NCBI GenBank assembly: GCA_963743915.1
Contig: CAVURN010000005.1
Span: 320,001 to 384,000 of the forward strand
Reading direction: 5' to 3'
DNA: 64,000 nucleotides
From: an uncultured Actinomycetota bacterium
Lineage (GTDB): Bacteria > Actinomycetota > Actinomycetes > JAHEKZ01
The notes beneath the pieces were generated by a model. The model ran no database searches. It worked only from the letters and a program-made list of their open reading frames with translations, and was not told the origin of the DNA. The position numbers were made by a program, and so were the translations under genes. Shown piece by piece: positions 59,706 through 64,000 of the stretch (positions are counted from its first letter, which is position 1; each line of letters starts with the position of its first letter).

Positions 59706-60911
59706 ATGGTCAAGACCACGCCGTTCCACCCGCGCCTGGCCGAGCTGAACACCACCCAGCTCTGGACGCACTGGGCCGGACACCTGTCGGCCACGCAGTA
59801 CGACATCGCCGCCAAGCACGAGTACTTCGGCGTCCGCCAGGCCGTCGGCTTCTTCGACGCGTCGCCGCTGTACAAGTACGAGATCACCGGCCGGGACGCC
59901 GAGTCGTTCCTCGGGGGCATCCTCACCCGCGACATCCGCACCTGCCGTCCTGGGCGCGCGCAGTACACGATCTGGTGCGACAGCGACGGTTACGTGCTCG
60001 AGGACGGCGTGGTCTTCCGCCACTCCGCGAACGAGTTCCTGCTCACCGCTGCCGAGCCCAACCTGTCGTTCCTGCAGAACCAGATCGGTTCGCTCGAGGT
60101 GGCGGTGGAGGACGTCTCCGACCAGTACGCGATGCTCGCGGTACAGGGCCCTCGCTCGCGGGCGGCGCTCTCGTCACTGGCGCCAGAGGTGAATGAGCTC
60201 AGCTACTTCGGCCACTCACCGGCGAAGATTGCCGGCAGCGAGGTGACGGTCAGCCGCACCGGGTTCACCGGTGACCTGGGCTACGAGCTCCGCATCCCTG
60301 CCGACGACGCACTCGCGGTTCTGGACGCCGTCATGGAGGTCGGCGAGCCGCACCGCATGCGTCCGTTCGGTGACCAGGCTCTCAACATGCTGCGGATCGA
60401 GGCGGGGCTTCCGCTCATCGGAGCCGAGTTCACCTCGAGCCGCTACGCGTTCAACGAGCACGACCGCTTCACCCCGGACGAGCTCGGCTTCGGCTGGCTG
60501 CTCAAGGGCATCGACGACGAGACGCGTCCGTTCGCCGGACGTCGTGCGATCCGCGCCGAGCGGGCGAACGGCTCGTCCCGCTGGAAGACCGTGGGCCTGA
60601 TGGTCGACGGTCACGCCTTCGAGCAGCTGCACTACGACGCCGGGCTCATCCCCCCGAAGGACGAACCACCGGCAGCGTGGGAGACCATGCTCTACGACGC
60701 CCACGGCGAACGGGCGGGATACGCCACCAGCTACGCGTACTCCCCCATGATGCAGACCCAGATCGGCATCGCCCGCGTGCGACCGGAGCTCTCCCAGATC
60801 GGCACCACGATCGACGTCGAGGTGACGGTCAACCACGTCTACACCACCGTTCCGGCAACGGTGTGCGCCATGCCCTTCTTCAACCCCGAGCGAAAGACGT
60901 CCATGACATGA
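59706..60911 (+). CDS. GcvT-like folate-dependent aminomethyltransferase/demethylase
   Basis: TPFHPR, EYFGVRQAVGFFDASPLYKY, GYVLEDG, LAVQGPRS, SRTGFTGDLGYE, LRIEAG, PFFNPER. Confidence 0.88.
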   Translation: MVKTTPFHPRLAELNTTQLWTHWAGHLSATQYDIAAKHEYFGVRQAVGFFDASPLYKYEITGRDAESFLGGILTRDIRTCRPGRAQYTIWCDSDGYVLEDGVVFRHSANEFLLTAAEPNLSFLQNQIGSLEVAVEDVSDQYAMLAVQGPRSRAALSSLAPEVNELSYFGHSPAKIAGSEVTVSRTGFTGDLGYELRIPADDALAVLDAVMEVGEPHRMRPFGDQALNMLRIEAGLPLIGAEFTSSRYAFNEHDRFTPDELGFGWLLKGIDDETRPFAGRRAIRAERANGSSRWKTVGLMVDGHAFEQLHYDAGLIPPKDEPPAAWETMLYDAHGERAGYATSYAYSPMMQTQIGIARVRPELSQIGTTIDVEVTVNHVYTTVPATVCAMPFFNPERKTSMT

Positions 60912-62503
60912 CCGACACCAACCGTTACGACGCGATCATCGTCGGGGGCGGGCACAACGGCCTGGTCAACGGCGCCTACCTCGCCAAAGCCGGACTGAAG
61001 ACGCTGATCCTCGAGCAGCGTCACCTGGTCGGGGGCGCCGCGATCACCGAGGAGCTCTACCCGGGCTTCAGCTTCACCACGTTCTCCTACGCGCTCAGCC
61101 TGATCCGACCCGAGGTCATCCGCGAGCTCGAGCTGGTCAAGCACGGGTTCAACCCGATCTACATGCCCACCTCCTTCTCCCCCATGGAGAACGGCGACTA
61201 CCTGCTGCTCGGTCCCGACCGCGACGAGAACATCCGCGAGATCATGCGTCACTCACCGCGGGACGCGGACGCCATGGACCGGTTCGAGCACGACGTCGCC
61301 CGCGTCCTGCAGCTGATGTACCCGCTGTTCGACCGGGTGCCGCCGAACATCTTCGGCAAGTCGGAGGAGGACGCGCTCGACATCGCGTGGCTGCTCGGGC
61401 ATCTCGGGTCAGCCGAGCCGAGGGTCATCCACGACGCAGTCCGACTCATCACGGGCAGCATCGCCGACTTCCTCGACGACTACTTCGAGAGCGAGGTCCT
61501 CAAGGGCTACCTGGCGGCGTCCTCGACGACGGGCACGAAGGTGGGCCCGATGTCGGCCGGTTCCGGCCTGGTCTCGCTGATGATGATGATGGGTGAGCAC
61601 GACGGGCACCTTGGTTCGTGGTCGTTCCACAAGGGCGGCAACGGCGGGTTCACGCAGATGCTGGCTCGCGCCGCCCAGTCCTTCGGCGCTGAGATCAAGC
61701 TGGAGGCCCGCGTCGACCACGTCCTCACCAAGGAAGGGCGCGCCATCGGCGTCGTTCTGGTGGACGGCACCGAGTTCCACGCCGACACCGTCGTCAGCGC
61801 GCTCGACCCCCGTCAGACGTTCACCAAGCTGGTCGACCCCCGCGAGCTCCCCGGCGACCTCGTCGAGAGCATCGACCGCTACCAGTACAACGGCACCAGC
61901 GCGAAGGTGAACTTCGCCCTGGACGGGACCCCGCGCTACCCGGCGCTCGGGGACCGCACCGACCAGTACCGGGGCTTCGTCAGCTTCGCGCCGTCGATCG
62001 AGTACCTCGAGCGTGCGTACGACGCCGCCAAGTACGGCTGGTACAGCGAGCGTCCCTACCTCGACACCTGCCTGCAGTCGTTCCTCGACCCCGACATGGC
62101 TCCGCCCGGCAAGCACGTCATGTCGTGCTTCGTGCAGTACGCGCCCTACCACCTCAAGGGAAGCGACTGGGACACCGAGCGGAACAACCTCGGCGACACG
62201 GTGCAAGCCACCATCGAGTCGTTCTTCCCGGGCTTCGGCGACCTCGTGCTGCACCGTGAGGTCGTCACCCCGCTCGACATCGAACGCGTGGTCGGCCTGT
62301 CCGAGGGCAACATCTACGCCGGTGACTTCCTGCTGCCGCAGATGTACTTCTTCCGGCCGGCACCGGGCTGGAGCCAGTACCGGACGCCGATCGAGGGCTA
62401 CTACCAGTGCGGCTCGGGCACCCATCCCGGCGGCTGCGTCATGGGCGCACCCGCCCGCCTGGCCAGCCAGCAGATCCTCAAGGACCGTTCAGGCAACAGC
62501 TGA
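60908..62503 (+). CDS. FAD-dependent oxidoreductase, phytoene-dehydrogenase-like (PYROXD2 family)
   Basis: YDAIIVGGGHNGLV..AYLAKAG, GGAAITEE, DPDMAPPGKH, TPLDIE...GNI, YRTPIEGYYQCGSGTHPGG; ATGA overlap. Confidence 0.9.
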   Translation: MTDTNRYDAIIVGGGHNGLVNGAYLAKAGLKTLILEQRHLVGGAAITEELYPGFSFTTFSYALSLIRPEVIRELELVKHGFNPIYMPTSFSPMENGDYLLLGPDRDENIREIMRHSPRDADAMDRFEHDVARVLQLMYPLFDRVPPNIFGKSEEDALDIAWLLGHLGSAEPRVIHDAVRLITGSIADFLDDYFESEVLKGYLAASSTTGTKVGPMSAGSGLVSLMMMMGEHDGHLGSWSFHKGGNGGFTQMLARAAQSFGAEIKLEARVDHVLTKEGRAIGVVLVDGTEFHADTVVSALDPRQTFTKLVDPRELPGDLVESIDRYQYNGTSAKVNFALDGTPRYPALGDRTDQYRGFVSFAPSIEYLERAYDAAKYGWYSERPYLDTCLQSFLDPDMAPPGKHVMSCFVQYAPYHLKGSDWDTERNNLGDTVQATIESFFPGFGDLVLHREVVTPLDIERVVGLSEGNIYAGDFLLPQMYFFRPAPGWSQYRTPIEGYYQCGSGTHPGGCVMGAPARLASQQILKDRSGNS

Positions 62504-62514
62504 CGCCGGCGCAC

Positions 62515-64000
62515 TCACGGAAGCTGCTGGACCTCTTCCTCGACCAGGTCGGCCTCGTCGTTCGGTCGTGTCGGTCTCCTGGGCATTGCCTGTCCGCAGG
62601 GCGACGACGGGCACGAACCACGCCAGCACGAACGCGGCGGCCATGATCGGCACTCCGGTCAGGAACGTCGTGTCGGTCGCCCGGGCAAAGGCGCCGAGCA
62701 CCTCACTCTGCAGGTCGGCAGGGAGAGCGGCGATGTTCGCCATCGACGCACGCGGATCTGCTCCTGCGGCTGCGCCGGCAGGCAGGACGCCCTTGAGCTC
62801 GGCCGTCAGTCGGGCGGCCCACACCGCACCGAACACGGCCGTGCCGAACGAGCCGCCGATGGAACGGAAGAACGTCGCACCGCTGGTGGCGGTACCGATG
62901 TCCCGCGGCTCCACCGAGTTCTGTACGGCCAGCACGAGCACCTGCATCACGTTCCCGAGCCCGGCGCCGAGCACCAGCATGGCGATCGAGATCTTCCAGT
63001 ACGGGGTGCTCTCGTTCATCTGGGAGAGCAGGAAGAGCCCGATGGTGGCGAGCCCCGTCCCGATGATCGGGTAGATCCGGTAGCGACCGGTCCTGGTGAT
63101 CAGGCGTCCGCTGGTGATGGACGCCACGAGGATTCCGGCCATCAGCGGGCAGCAGCTGCAGACCTGCCGTGGTCGGACTCGAGCCGTAGACCACCTGCAG
63201 GAAGATGGACAGGTAGACGATGGCGCCGAACATGGCGAAGCCCACGACGAAGCCGATCCCCGAGGTGACGGTGAACGTGCGGTTCCGGAACAGCTCCATC
63301 GGCACCATGGGCTCGGGGTGACGCAGCTCCTGGAACACGAAGAGCACCAGCGTCACGACGGCGAGCGTCGGCGAGGCCGAAGATCTGCCACGACACCCAG
63401 GCGAACTCGTTGCCGCCCCACACCGTGACCATGAGCAGGCTGGTGACACCCACGACGAGCAGTGAGGCACCGACCCAGTCGATGCGGTGCTCGGTGCGGT
63501 GGCGCGGGAGGTGCAGCACCGATCCGAGCACCAGGAAGGCCGCGATCCCCAAGGGCAGGTTGATGTAGAAGATCCAGCGCCACGAGAGGTGCTCGGTGAA
63601 GAATCCTCCGAGCAGGGGGCCGATCACGCTCGCGATCCCGAACACGGCACCGAAGAGCCCGACGTACCTCCCTCGCTCGCGAGGCGGGATCAGGTCGGCG
63701 ATCACCGCCATGACCAGCACCATGAGCCCACCGCCGCCGAGACCCTGCAGTGCGCGCGTGGCGATGAGCTCGGCCATGTTCTGGGACAGCCCGGCCAGCG
63801 CGGACGCTGCGACGAAGATGACGACCGCCAGCTGCAGCATCGACTTGCGGCCGTAGAGGTCGGAGATCTTGCCCCAGATGGGGGTGCTGGCGGTCGCGGC
63901 GAGCATGTAGGCGGTGACCACCCACGACAGCTCGTTCAAGCCCGCCCAGGTCGCTGGTGATGGTCGGCAGTGCCGTCGACACGATCGTCTGGTCGAGCGC
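62515..64000 (-). CDS. DHA2 (EmrB/QacA) MFS transporter; 5' end outside the window; frameshifts
   Basis: LDQTIVSTALPTI, WGKISDLYGRK, RALQGLGGGG, PRERGRY, WRWIFYINLP, FFRSIGG. Confidence 0.9.

Noticed and set aside
59706-60911. Glycine cleavage T protein (gcvT)
   Set aside because: No gcvH or gcvP, and the canonical DVSHMG motif is replaced by DASPLY.
60908-62503. Carotenoid biosynthesis gene (crtI)
   Set aside because: No crtB or crtE nearby; the motifs and GcvT-like partner fit the PYROXD2-like group better.
1-64000. CRISPR array, rRNA, integrase, transposase or prophage
   Set aside because: No regularly spaced repeats and no recognisable motifs for any of these were seen.

Overview
High-GC actinobacterial chromosome segment. 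It carries the conserved core blocks pth-rplY-prs-glmU-tRNA-Gln, ispE-rsmA-rpfB-tatD-metG-rsmI-pmt and tRNA-Ala-sepX/glpR-rimJ-mog-moaC-moeA-galU-5FCL-fmdB-mscL, with accessory genes in between. Many genes are broken by single-base indels, most densely at about 38.5-47.3 kb. These look like long-read consensus errors, so split ORFs were merged by eye and some boundaries are approximate. Main observations: (1) a seven-gene cluster just downstream of tRNA-Ala (34185-42354) that joins a Nocardioides-type histamine dehydrogenase and an aldehyde dehydrogenase to a Pseudomonas hinF/hinL/hinG-like imidazole-acetate ring-opening module, an M20D amidohydrolase and a HinK-like LysR with a candidate T-N11-A box, giving a predicted hybrid actinobacterial histamine catabolic pathway; (2) a candidate sulfated/phosphorylated surface-glycan locus (1-10310) with two sulfotransferases, an APH-like kinase, Alg14/Alg13-like and GT2 glycosyltransferases, two secreted GH26-like hydrolases and a beta-propeller protein; (3) a TetR-controlled GcvT-like plus PYROXD2-like oxidoreductase pair; (4) non-coding structure: a candidate L25 leader RNA, a REP-like palindromic repeat in two copies, a CIRCE, several operators and many leaderless promoters. 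No CRISPR array, rRNA, integrase or transposase was seen. All family calls come from motif recognition and recall; no database search was run.
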